64,000 nt of DNA from Octopus vulgaris (Eukaryota): assembly GCA_951406725.2 (NCBI GenBank), contig OX597814.1:207638001-207702000 (forward strand), in the 5' to 3' direction. Positions 39,434 to 50,843 of the stretch are shown here, one piece after another. The position numbers and the translations under genes were made by a program. The notes below the pieces were generated by a model. That model was not told the DNA's origin, did not search any database, and saw nothing but the letters and a program-made list of their open reading frames with translations. How positions within the stretch are numbered: the first letter of the stretch is position 1; the number at the start of each line of letters is the position of its first letter.

Positions 39434-39474
<41 letters not shown>

Positions 39475-39476
<2 letters not shown>

Positions 39477-39864
39477 TCTTTTACTCTTTTACTTGTTTCA
39501 GTCATTTGACTGCGGCCATGCTGGAGCACCGCCTTTAGTCGAGCAAATTGACCCCAGGACTTATTCTTTGTAAGCCCAGTACTTATTCTATCGGTCTCTT
39601 TTGCCGAACCGCTAAGTGACGGGGACGTAAACACACCAGCATCGGTTGTCAAGCAATGCTAGGGGACAAACACAGACACACACATATATATACATATATA
39701 CGACAGGCTTCTTTCAGTTACCGTCTACCAAATCCACTCGCAAGGCATTGGTCGGCCCTGGGCTATAGCAGAAGACACTTGCCCAAGATGCCACGCAGTG
39801 GGACTGAACCCGGAACCATGTGGTTGGTTAGCAAGCTACTTACCACACAGCCACTCCTGCGCCT
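39475..39864 (-). mobile_element. SINE family B, full length, inserted in (TA)n
   Basis: Complete element flanked on both sides by (TA)n. Confidence 0.9.
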
Positions 39865-40667
39865 ATATATATATATATATATAGCATCATTATTATTGTC
39901 TTAGTGTCCACTTTTCTATGGCTGCGTAGATCAGATGAAATTCATTGAGGTAGGTGTTATGAGTAGGGTGCTCTTCCTGTCACCAGCTCTTACCTGTTTC
40001 TAAGCAAAGTAATATTTCTCCTTGTGCTTCAAAACACCAACAGCTCAGTAACCAGACATGTTTTCGCAGAAGATTGCAAACACGCATCACTACTTGTAAG
40101 ATGGTCATGCTCATTTTACAACTGGCATGCAGTGTCAGGGCGAGGAAGGAGATACGGGTTTCTTTCTGTTTTCCATCTAATTGCACACAAAATTGTGCCC
40201 CAGCATGGCTGCAGTCCAATGACTGAAACAAGTAAAAAGACAAAAAGACATGTAATGCATTCAGTAGTTTGATCAATAACTACATGTGTGCAATTGAATT
40301 TCTTCACAATTATAGAAATTAAAAGCCACCGTTATACTATCATCTTAGTTGATATTACTATCCATTGTGACACTTATGTTTGTTTTGTTTTTTTACTAAA
40401 GCATTGAATCTCATTTAACTCCCTTTGCAATTACATATCAGATGGAATTTATTATGACATTGTCATTGTTTTCTATATTTGTCATGGGGTTTTATTGTTG
40501 TATACTTCTCTTTTAAATCTTATATAGATAAATTATATTACATATTTACAATGCATAGTAGGAGGAGTTTATTAAAGCATGTAATAGTTATGATTGAGTC
40601 AGTGTGTGTGTGTGTGTGCGTGTGCAATTTGCTGTTGCTTTCTGTTTATATTTTCTATTAATTGTTC

Positions 40668-40706
40668 ACCAAACTTACCTTTGTAATAAACAAAGGTAAG
40701 TTTGGT
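40668..40706. other. Perfect 17-bp hairpin
   Basis: ACCAAACTTACCTTTGT-AATAA-ACAAAGGTAAGTTTGGT. Confidence 0.9.
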
Positions 40707-41869
40707 TAGATTTAATCTGAAGTGCTAATAGAACAAAATGGCATACACATAGACGTGGTGACGATAAAGTCTATTGCTTTAAATCTTCATGTTTTCAAAA
40801 TTGAATTGGTGGTAGTAGAAGAGAAAGAAGACGAAATTAATCATAATAGATCTTTGTATAGTTTGTGAAAATTGCAACAAAACATGTGCCTTATCTTTTG
40901 TCAGGCTGTTAAGAACTGAACATAATGAGAAAATGTTGTTTTTAATTTTTTTTTTTTTTTAATTTGGTTAATTTTTTTTCTTTTTTTTTCTTTTCGTTTA
41001 ATTATTCAATAAAAATAATTATCTCATCGTTTGATTTAAAGAATTACTCATTGTTTTTATTGGATTTTTTTTTTTCTTACTTTGATTATTCAATTATGAT
41101 TATTTTGTCAGTGGGTATTTTATTATCTCACGATATGTATTATTCTCTTCCTTTTGCGTGTAACCAATACAAAACTGTTGGAGAGAATTTTTTTTAACTT
41201 TTTCCATTTAATGTTTAACTGACAAGGTCATTTTCTCTTTCAAAATAAACTTAACCTAAATAATGTAATTACTTTTTAAGAAAAATAATAAAAATGCAGT
41301 TTAATATTTTATATATAGCTTTTACATTTTCCAAATATTAAGAAAGAAAGGGGGTGGCTAGAAGGGTATTGAAAAGTAAATTAATTCTAAACATAAGGGA
41401 AATTCAACTAAAGAATATGATTAAAGTACCATATTTATTTGAATGGTGTGTAATGCAAGAAACTTAATATAAAACATCGGGCTTTAATTTACTGCGTATG
41501 CTAAAAATATATATATATATATGTATCACTAAATTTTAGTTATAAAAAGTGGTCGAGGTCATGTCTTTGAGATCATATTGTATCTGAAGAAATATTCTAT
41601 GTATGTATGTGTTTGTAGTTTAAAAGTAGTCACCTGCAACTTATACTTTATTATGATAACATCTGAAATATAGAAAAGTTTAGAAGTTGCTTTCCCAACC
41701 CTTTTATTTATTTATATACATTAGAGGTCATTCTTACTTGCAATCACTGTATGAGCCTATCCTATATGATTGACAGTTACCATATCTTACTGATATGAGG
41801 TTGACAAGTCACTTTGTTGTGACATTGAGAGCAACTTTAGTGTTAAGGAAAAGTTTACATTATATTTTA

Positions 41870-42271
41870 ACTCTTTACTCTTTTACTTGTTTCAGTCATT
41901 TGACTGCGGCCATGCTGGAGCACCGCCTTTAATCGAGCAACTCGACCCCGGGACTTTTTCTCTTTGTAAGCCCAGTACTTATTCTCTCGGTCTCTTTTGC
42001 CGAACCACTAAGTGACGGGGACATAAACACACCAGCATCGGTCGTCAAGCGATGCTAGGGGGACAAACACACACACACGCATATATACATATACATATAT
42101 ATATACATATATACGACGGGCTTCTTTCAGTTTCCGTCTACCAAATCCACTCACAAGGCTTTGGTCGGCCCGAGGCTATAGTAGAAGACACTTGCCCAAG
42201 GTGCCACGCAGTGGGACTGAACCCGGAACCATGTGGTTGGTAAACAAGCTACTTACCACACAGCCACTCCT
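41870..42271 (-). mobile_element. SINE family B, full length
   Basis: Head, internal microsatellite and tail present. Confidence 0.9.
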
Positions 42272-42279
42272 CATGATGA

Positions 42280-42326
<47 letters not shown>

Positions 42327-42694
42327 GTGTGTCTGTTTCTCATGACTTAATGAAAAGAGAAGGGGATAGCATCCATGACTTCTATTGGCTGTTCCAGATG
42401 ATATGCAAAGGTAAAGTTACTCAGTCTGATAAAAACGGAACCGAAAATCATCCTGCCATTTTTAAAAGGAAGAATGCATTAACAAATGTATTCTAAGATA
42501 TGCTATGCCTGAAAGAAAGTTAGTACAATCACAGCTGGAATGATCTACTAAATCATGTCATTAATTACTAGTTACCCACAATCAATTGCACATGTGACAA
42601 TTTCCATAGGAATACAGCCCTGAAAAGGAATGATTGGTAGAAATATTCAGTGCAAAGTTTAAATTAGTGACGCAGTATGGACAAAGAGAAGAAT

Positions 42695-43835
42695 AACGAG
42701 TTTGGATAGAAATTGAGAGACAGGTGTAACAAGTTCTGAGTGAAAGTGGAGAGGTAGGAGTAACAGGTAGGTTTGGGTGGAAGTGGAGAGGTTGGAGTAA
42801 CAGTAGGTTTGGGTGGAAGTGGAGAGGTGGGAGTAACAGGTAGGTTTGAGTGGAAGTGGAGAGGTAGGAGTAACAGGTAGGTTTGGGTGGAAGTGGAGAG
42901 GTAGGAGTAACAGGTAGGTTTGGGTGGAAGTGGAGAGGTAGGAGTAACAGGTAGGTTTGGGTGGAAGTGGAGAGGTAGGAGTAACAGGTAGGTTTGGGTG
43001 GAAGTGGAGAGGTAGGAGTAACAGGTAGGTTTGAGTGGAAGTGGAGGAGAGGCAGATGTAACAGGTGTGTTTGGGTGGAAATAGAGAGGTCTGTATAAGT
43101 TTTGAGAGGAAGTGGAGAAGCAGGTATAACAGGTAGGTTTGAGTGGAAGTGGAGAGGTAGGAGTAACAGGTAGGTTTGGGTGGAAGTGGAGAGGTGGGAG
43201 TAACAGGTAGGTTTGGGTGGAAGTGGAGAGGTAGGAGTAACAGGTAGGTTTGAGTGAAAATGGTGAGGTAGAGGTAACAGGTAGGTTTGGGTGGAAGTGA
43301 GTAGGTAAGTGAAACAGATAGGTTTTGGTGGAAGTGGAGGAGAGGCAGATGTAACAGGTGTGTTTGGGTGGAAATAGAGAGGTCTGTATAAGTTTTGAGA
43401 GGAAGTGGAGAAGCAGGTATAACAGGTAGGTTTGAGTGGAAGTGGAGAGGTAGGAATAACAGGTAGGTTTGGGTGGAAGTGGAGAGGTAGGAGTAACAGG
43501 TAGGTTTGAGTGGAAGTGGAGAGGTAGGAGTAACAGGTAGGTTTGGGTGGAAATGGACAGGTATGGGTAACGGGTAGGTTTGGATAGAAGTTGAGAAACA
43601 AGTTTTGAGAGGAAGTGGAGAAGCAGGTATAACAGGTAGGTTTGGGTGGAATTGGAAAGGCAAGTGTAATGGATAGTTTGGGTGGAAGTAGAGGAGGAGC
43701 AGGTGTAACAGATAGGTTTGGGTGGAAGAGGAGGGGCAGGCATAACAGGTAGGTTTGGATAGAAGTGGGGGGGAAGATGTAACAGGTAGGTTTGGGTGGA
43801 GGGGCAGGTGTAACAGATAAGTTTGGATAGAAGTT
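42695..43835. repeat. 37-bp G-rich minisatellite (~30 units)
   Basis: Unit GTAACAGGTAGGTTTGGGTGGAAGTGGAGAGGTAGGA. TAACAGG recurs at 42834, 42871, 42908, 42945 and onward. Confidence 0.95.
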
Positions 43836-44224
43836 TGAATTGACTTTGCTTTCCATCCTTTCACTGTGCAAGGAAATAATACAATTGGATGTAATATGCT
43901 TGAATTAGGTCTGTCTGCCTATAAAACCAATCTTATTTTTATAAGATCATAATATATATTTTAGGTATGCCATATTATTCTGTGTCATAAAGCCAATGCT
44001 GCTTATAATATTGTAGTCTTGGTTACAAAAGAAACTCATACAAATGTCACCTTATCTTTATTAGGCTCATTCATAAGGGCTAGTTTTAAGCATATAAAGG
44101 CTTAATCTTTCTTTAGGAACACTGCATGTCTAGGTGGGATGATGAGAATAAGGTATTGCATATAGCTTGTTTATAGATCAAGAGTTCAAATCTGCTGAAG
44201 GAATTTCGTCGTATTTATCTTCTT

Positions 44225-44626
44225 TCTTGTACTTGATTCAGTCAGACTGTGGTCATGCTGGAGCACCACCTTGGGGGATTTTTGCTGAATGAATCAACCC
44301 GTATACTTTTTTTTTTTTTTTTTTTCTGTTACATCTAGTACTTTTTCTATTACTCTCTTTTTGCCAAACTGCTATGTCACAGGAACATAAACACACCAAC
44401 ACTGGTTGTCAAGTAGGGGGGGGGGACAAACACAAAGATACATGTGTTGATATATATGTATACCATGAGCTTCTTTCAGTTTCCATCTACCAAATCCACT
44501 CACAAGGTTTTGGTCAACCCAAGGCTATAAGTGGAAGACACTTGCCAGAAGTGCCATGCAGTGGGACTGAATCCCAAATCATGTGTTTGGGAAACAAACT
44601 TCTTACTCACAGCCACACCTGCGCCT
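44225..44626 (-). mobile_element. Older SINE family B copy
   Basis: CATGCTGGAGCACC, CAAATCCACTCACAAGG and CAGTGGGACTGAA motifs. Confidence 0.8.
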
Positions 44627-44798
44627 ATCTGGACCTTTCTCTTTATACTACATTACCTCAGTTCATGTAACTGTCTGGAATAGGCAGTGAAATGAAACTG
44701 ATCACCTAGGGCTGGTATCTGCACTACAATATAAGAGCAGTTTTTGTCCAGGAGGAGATTTCTCTCTCATCCACTTATTACCATGAAACTGGAATTAA

Positions 44799-45409
44799 CC
44801 CCTTCCCCAGCGACTTATTTTGGAGAAAATGTTTCATTTTCAGATGGATTTTTTTTATTGCTTTTTTTTCATAGTATTTTTAATACTGATTATGGAAATA
44901 ACTTTTGTTTTTATCTATTTCTAATATTTTACTTGAAATTTTATTTTGAAGAAACCATTTTTGGGAAAAACAAGACAAGTCATCTTCCCATTTTTTAAAA
45001 ATATTTTAGTCTTAAAAAGGACTAAAAAAATCCAAAGAAGTCATATCAGCTGTGTCTTGATCAATTGATATTCCAGGATTTCCAGTGTATGGGAAGCGTG
45101 GTGGTGGAGGGAGCATGCATTTTCTTCCGACACCACAGGTCGACACCAAATTTGTCCCTCCTCCTCTTTACTTGAGAGAAAATAGCCATTATCAGACAAG
45201 TTTGCACTCTCATCCAAGCTTCTAATAGAAGGTTCATACTCATTGTCATCTTCTGAGTTCAACATCTGGGCATAATTTGTAAAAATAAAAAGCATAAAAA
45301 CCAAGAAATGCTATTTTTTGAAATTATGTTTTGAACGAGTTTACTCATCACACTCTGAAAAAGACAGATTGGGCAAAGACCAGTTATCTCATTTTTGCCA
45401 GGTAAGGGG
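44799..45409 (-). mobile_element. Internally deleted piggyBac-like element
   Basis: TTAA|CCCCTTCCCCAGC ... GCCAGGTAAGGGG|TTAA. Minus-strand acidic peptide (LNSEDDNEYEPS...DESANLSD) resembles the acidic N-terminus of piggyBac transposases. Confidence 0.6.
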
Positions 45410-45454
45410 TTAAGAGTCATTTAGAGACATTACATAAATGGCAAGCAACTTTCT

Positions 45455-45621
45455 CAGGAGTGGCTGTGTGGTAAGTAGCTTGCTAACCAACCACATGGTT
45501 CCGGGTTCAGTCCCACTGCGTGGCATCTTGGGCAAGTGTCTTCTGCTATAGCCCCTGGCCAACCAATGCCTTGTGAGTGGATTTGGTAGACGGAAACTGA
45601 AAGAAGCCTGTCGTATATATG

Positions 45622-45660
<39 letters not shown>

Positions 45661-45862
45661 TTGTGTGTCTGTGTTTGTCCCCCTAGCATTGCTTGACAAC
45701 CAATGGTGATGTGTTTACGTCTCCGTTACTTAGCGGTTCGGCAAAAGAGACCGATAGAATAAGTACTGGGCTTACAAAGAATAAGTCCCGGGGTCGATTT
45801 GCTCGACTAAAGGCAGTGCTCCAGCATGGCCGCAGTCAAATGACTGAAACAAGTAAAGAGAG
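45455..45862 (+). mobile_element. SINE family B, full length
   Basis: As 10950-11372. Confidence 0.9.
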
Positions 45863-45875
45863 TATATATATGTAT

Positions 45876-45912
<37 letters not shown>

Positions 45913-46156
45913 ATCTATATTTTCCCTGTCACTTGACAACTGGGATTGATTTGTTCAATTAAAACCTTCCAGGGGTTTGCTCCAGTATGACCACTGTTCA
46001 TTGACTGAAACAAGTAAAAGAAATAACAGAAAATATAATAATCAGAATTCTACATAACCATTTATGCCTGCTTACTGCTGCTTCACCTGTTCTGTCTTGC
46101 TTATAGAACAATGATGGGTTGGTATGGTGATGGACAAAATACCTTGCAGTATTTAA

Positions 46157-46360
46157 CCCTTTAGAGTTTAAACCGGCCATATCAGGCCAAAATTGTCTTC
46201 CTGTTTTATGCTCAAACCAGCCATCTCTGACCTCTCACACTTACCCTACAAAGTCATTTTAAAAATAAACAGGGGCATCATCAAAATCTCAGAGTTTCAA
46301 GATGCTGTACAATTTATTTAAAACAATGTAATTTGACAGATTAATCTGAATGCTAAAGGG
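46157..46360. mobile_element. piggyBac-type MITE family P1, uninterrupted
   Basis: TTAA|CCCTTTAG ... CTAAAGGG|TTAA. Confidence 0.8.
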
Positions 46361-46925
46361 TTAAGTCCCAATCCTTTATATTCTCAGCTCTGCCTTTCAT
46401 TCTTCTGGAGTTGATCAAATAAAATCCGAGTCGTGTACTTCAGTCAGTTTAATCAACTATGCTATCCTCCCTGCAAGATTTGTGGTATTTTACTACCATT
46501 AAAAATCAATAATAGTTGTGGGTAGGAATTTTCCTGGACCAGTGTAATTTCTAGAGAAACCTCAGATGTTTCACTATGTCGTTGCATTTAGAAAGTTTTG
46601 CACAAATGTGTGCGCACATATGTGTTTCAGTAATTGTGCTATCAGATCTATTCTATGGTTTCACACTAGAATCTGAGTGGATGTTAATCCAAGAAGATTG
46701 GTGACATCCATTCCAACACTGGTACAAAACTGTAGTATGGATTCACTGGCACATTTACTAAAGTATAAAGACACACACAAACACAGACACATACACACAC
46801 ACCAAAGTCTAGAGAGTGTATTGTGTCTAATGTTTTCAGATATAAAATTGTGAAAATTATGAAACACACGTTCCTTTCGTATATGTATGTATGTGTTTGA
46901 TGTGTGAATATACATACACACACAC

Positions 46926-47390
46926 ACATTTACAATCGTTAATATATATTCATGTATAAACATCACAAACACAAGCATAGACAAACACACTCATGTGTGT
47001 GCATACATACACATACAGACATTATATATACACATTGTGTATGTATCATCATCATCATCGTTTAACGTCCGTTCTCCATGCTAGCATGGGTTGGACGGTT
47101 CGACCGAGGATCTGGGAAGCCAGAAGGCTGCACCAGGCTCCAGTCTTATCTGGCAATGTTTCTACAAGACTGGAGCCAGGTGCAGCCTTCTGGCTTCCCA
47201 GATCCCCGGTCGAACTGTCCAACCCATGCTAGCATGGAGAACGGACGTTAAACGATGATGATGATGATTACACTTACACAGTGTGTATATATAATGTCTG
47301 TATGTGTATGTATGCACACACGTGAGTGTTTTTCTCTATGCTTGTGTTTGTGATGTTTATACATGAATATATATTAACGATTGTAAATGT
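46926..47390. repeat. 465-bp fold-back: RTE tail plus ~120 bp of flanking DNA, duplicated in inverted orientation
   Basis: Arms 46926-47147 and 47166-47390 with an 18-nt loop. The two RTE tails point outward. Confidence 0.92.
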
Positions 47391-48179
47391 TATTAAATAT
47401 TTTTACGATTTTTTTTTTTTTTCTAGTTAGATTTAAAAATGTACATCCTGCATTTTTATCTCCAGCTTGAGTTCTTAGGTATGTGTGTCTTGTAGGGTTA
47501 TTTTGTTTCAAATTACCCAGAAGTAAGGTTGTTGAACTTTTTGCAGTCCACTTGACAAGTCAGCTCTTATATAATGAAATATATGAAATTTATTTAATTT
47601 TCTTTTTGATTCTTTCCCTACTCCTGATCTCTCTCTTTCTCTCTCTCCCTCCTCTCTCTCTCTCTCTTTCCCCAACTTTAGGAATTTAATTTAAAGGGGG
47701 TAAACCAAAGTGAAAAAAAAATAGCAGTAGGAAACCTTGGTATGTAAGTAAACAATCTCGAACTGTGATGTGCTATTAATTTTATCAAATAGCTGTAGGA
47801 AAAAACTACTGCTGCTGCCACCACCACTGCTGCTGTTGCTACTACTGCTACTACTACTACTACTACTAACAACAACAACAATAATAATGATATAACTGCG
47901 TTAACACAACTGGGTAGGATATAGTTGATTGAATTATCTCCAATGCTTGTCTAGAAAATATATTCTCTTAACCCCAGAGCAATGACTGATAAAGTCAATC
48001 TCAGCAGGAGTTGGACTCATATGATAAAAACATATACCTAAGTGTCACAAGACATTTAATCAGGCACTCTACAATTTCTGCAGCTCACCACTCTGATGAT
48101 AATAATGATTTCTTTATTTGCTACAAAGAGGAACTAATTAGGGGTCATTAGAATGGATAATTACAAAAATGGTAGAGAG

Positions 48180-49060
48180 GGAATCGAGTATGAAAAATAG
48201 TACAAAAGAAAAGAAAATGAAAACAAACTTCATAATAGAGGGGTCAAATTAGGGACCCCTTTTTGGGGTCAAACTAGGAACCCCACAGATCCTGGATTAC
48301 TCTTGCTACTAAGAGCAAGTGCTCTATCCCAGTTGAATTTGGGCTTGCTCACACATAATGAAAGTAGACCTGTTCACCTTGGTCAATCTTGCTACACTCA
48401 CTCACCTGTCTGTAAATTAACTCCACCTCATCTTATTCTCCAATTGGAACCTGTAAAAGTTAATTAAAGAGTAAAATGTCCTCCTTCAGTCCTTTGAATC
48501 TTGTGCACTGTACAATGTCTTTTGACACAGTAACCAGGCTATAAAAACCTGCCTTCCTTTCCCTGCCATAGGAAGGCAATGGGTAATTTTTAAGATGGAT
48601 CTGGCTAATTGTCAGATCCATTCTACTTGCAATAAAAGCTTTTCAGCATAACTTCACAAGTCAGCTATGCTTGGATACTAAACAAGTGCATGTAGAACAG
48701 TTTCATTAGTCAGACAGACCAGGTTGATGATACTTCTAAGCTCATTAGGTTTATTCTGAACCAGCAATGTTCTCCTGATGCTGCTAAGCCAAGAATGTCT
48801 AGAAGTTGTCTGCCATCCCCAGTTTAGAGTCTTCTTTGTACAAACTTTCCGTTCATTTTTATTGCTGATCACTGGATGCATTGCCTGACTGGCAGAGAAG
48901 TGAGTATGCCTGACAACACTGCAAATGCCTGACACCCAATTTTTGTCTATTTTTGATTCAGGACTGCATGAAAAAACAGCACCTGACAAAGACTGCCCAC
49001 ACCAGCAGCCCCAACACATCAACAGCTACAGCATATTGAGCTGTCTGTGCTGGTTAGCAG
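48180..49060 (-). pseudogene. Degraded Tx1/L1-clade LINE ORF2 C-terminal region
   Basis: Minus frame ...VCLTNETVLHALV*YPSIADL*SYAEKLL matches the decayed CCHC region (C..C...ET..H....C.....W) of L1/Tx1 ORF2. Confidence 0.6.
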
Positions 49061-50783
49061 TAGACTAACTTTTTGACCTGCGAAATATGAACTTACGACA
49101 AGAAACAATTATGATTTCTTACATTGGCTCAAGGTCCTAAATTTATAGCATAAAAATATAGGAAATTTAGTCAACTTCAATAGGATATGAACTTCACTAA
49201 TAATAATAATAATAATGATTTAAAAAATAGGCACAATGCCAGAAATTTTGGTAGCACACCACTTCACAGTTTCTTATTTTATCATCCCCCCACCCCCAAA
49301 AAAGATAAAAGGCAAGGTTCACAATTCACATAACTAATGTAAAGCATTTTGCCTGATGCTCTACTGATTCTACCACTTATACCTTGCTATTCCTATAGCA
49401 TTAGTAATAATTTCTAATGTTGGCATAAAACCAAAGTGTTATGGAGAAGGAATAGTTGATTGACTCAACCTTAGTCCTTAACTGGTATTTTATTTTATTG
49501 TCCCTGGAGAGATAAAAGGCAAAGTTGACTACTGTGGGATTTGAACTCTGAATGTAATGATAATAATTTCTAATATCTTTTTAAAATAATATAATTTCTA
49601 ACAAGGATTTCTAAGTGTACCAAATTGCTCTGTCTTTGAAGCTGACTCATATGTTATCTTACTGTTAACTTGTGACACAATAAAAAAAAAATGAGTTGTG
49701 AGTAACCACTTAGGAGTGTCCTTGTTAGAAATAGACCAAAGAAGGCTTGAAAATGGGGTCTGTGAAGTCAGATTTATGAACATTGAACATCACAAACCCT
49801 GATAATGTGGGAATTGAGTCAAATAAGAGATATATGTTATGATGATGTCAGCATGTAGCAGTGATGATAGTGATCATCATCATCATCATCATCATGAATT
49901 CATTAATATTAATGATGATGATGCTGAATAATATTATTGGTAATGATGATGATGATGATAATGATGTTCATCATCATTGTTAATATTAACATTAATAAAA
50001 TGTCTCAAGCATTACTGGAAATATTGTAAGGAAAGTAGTTGGGTGTGGCTCTGAAAATAACTATTTCACAGCAGGTATTGCATGCCATGCTGATCAATAA
50101 TTCTACTTGGTTAATTTCCTTCTCCTTTGTTTCAAGTTCAAGTCTCACCACCGTTGACTTTGTCATTCATCACCCTATGGAGATGAGGATCGGATCGGGC
50201 CTGGGCCTGGGCGGTAGTGGTGGTGGGATGGGATGGATGGGTGGGGCAATAAACTAAATAGCAATGATGTATTGGTTGATTCACTTTACTGTCTCTCTCC
50301 CTTACAAACATTGTTGCAGTGCCTAATCAAAAGAAATCAATATTTCTGCTTGTCTTAAGGCTGGTGGAAATAGCTGAGACAGTAGAGTGTTGTTGGCCTG
50401 TATAAAATTTAGTGTAACTGAATTGATTATCTCAATATCTGACTTTGAATGTCACTGGGGTTGACTTTGCCTTTCACCTCTCTGGTCGTGATAAATTACG
50501 TATCGCTTATGTAGTGTGTCAGAGAGCAATTTGATAAAAAAAAAAAAAAAAATGCCTATCCACCTTTTTTTTTTTTTTTTTTTTTTTTAAACTTTAAAAA
50601 TTGGCCTTGAGCCTATTTCAACAGAAATCAATAATTCTACTCAGCTTAAAATATTCCACCTCGCTCCCAAAATAATAATAATAATGATGATGATAATGAT
50701 GATGATAATGATTATAATTGTTCACTTAGGAAAGAAGCTTCAGGTTCTGTTTGTGATTGTAAGTTCGGAAAGCATTATATTAC

Positions 50784-50843
50784 CGAAGCAGCAGTGTCTG
50801 TGGTAATTTTACAGGTATGTTCCGAACTAGCACTCTTAAGCAT
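50784..50843 (-). CDS. Weak candidate alternative first coding exon (MLKSASSEHTCKITTDTAAS)
   Basis: ATG plus 20 codons to phase-0 donor TCG|GTAATA, downstream of a TE-free, simple-repeat-rich ~800-bp stretch. Phase fits 19741. Confidence 0.2.

Noticed and set aside
42582-43871. Three 359-429 aa Pro/Thr/Leu-rich ORFs (mucin/extensin-like)
   Set aside because: All three minus frames are open because the 37-bp unit lacks stops. The unit length is not a multiple of 3, so these are minisatellite artefacts.
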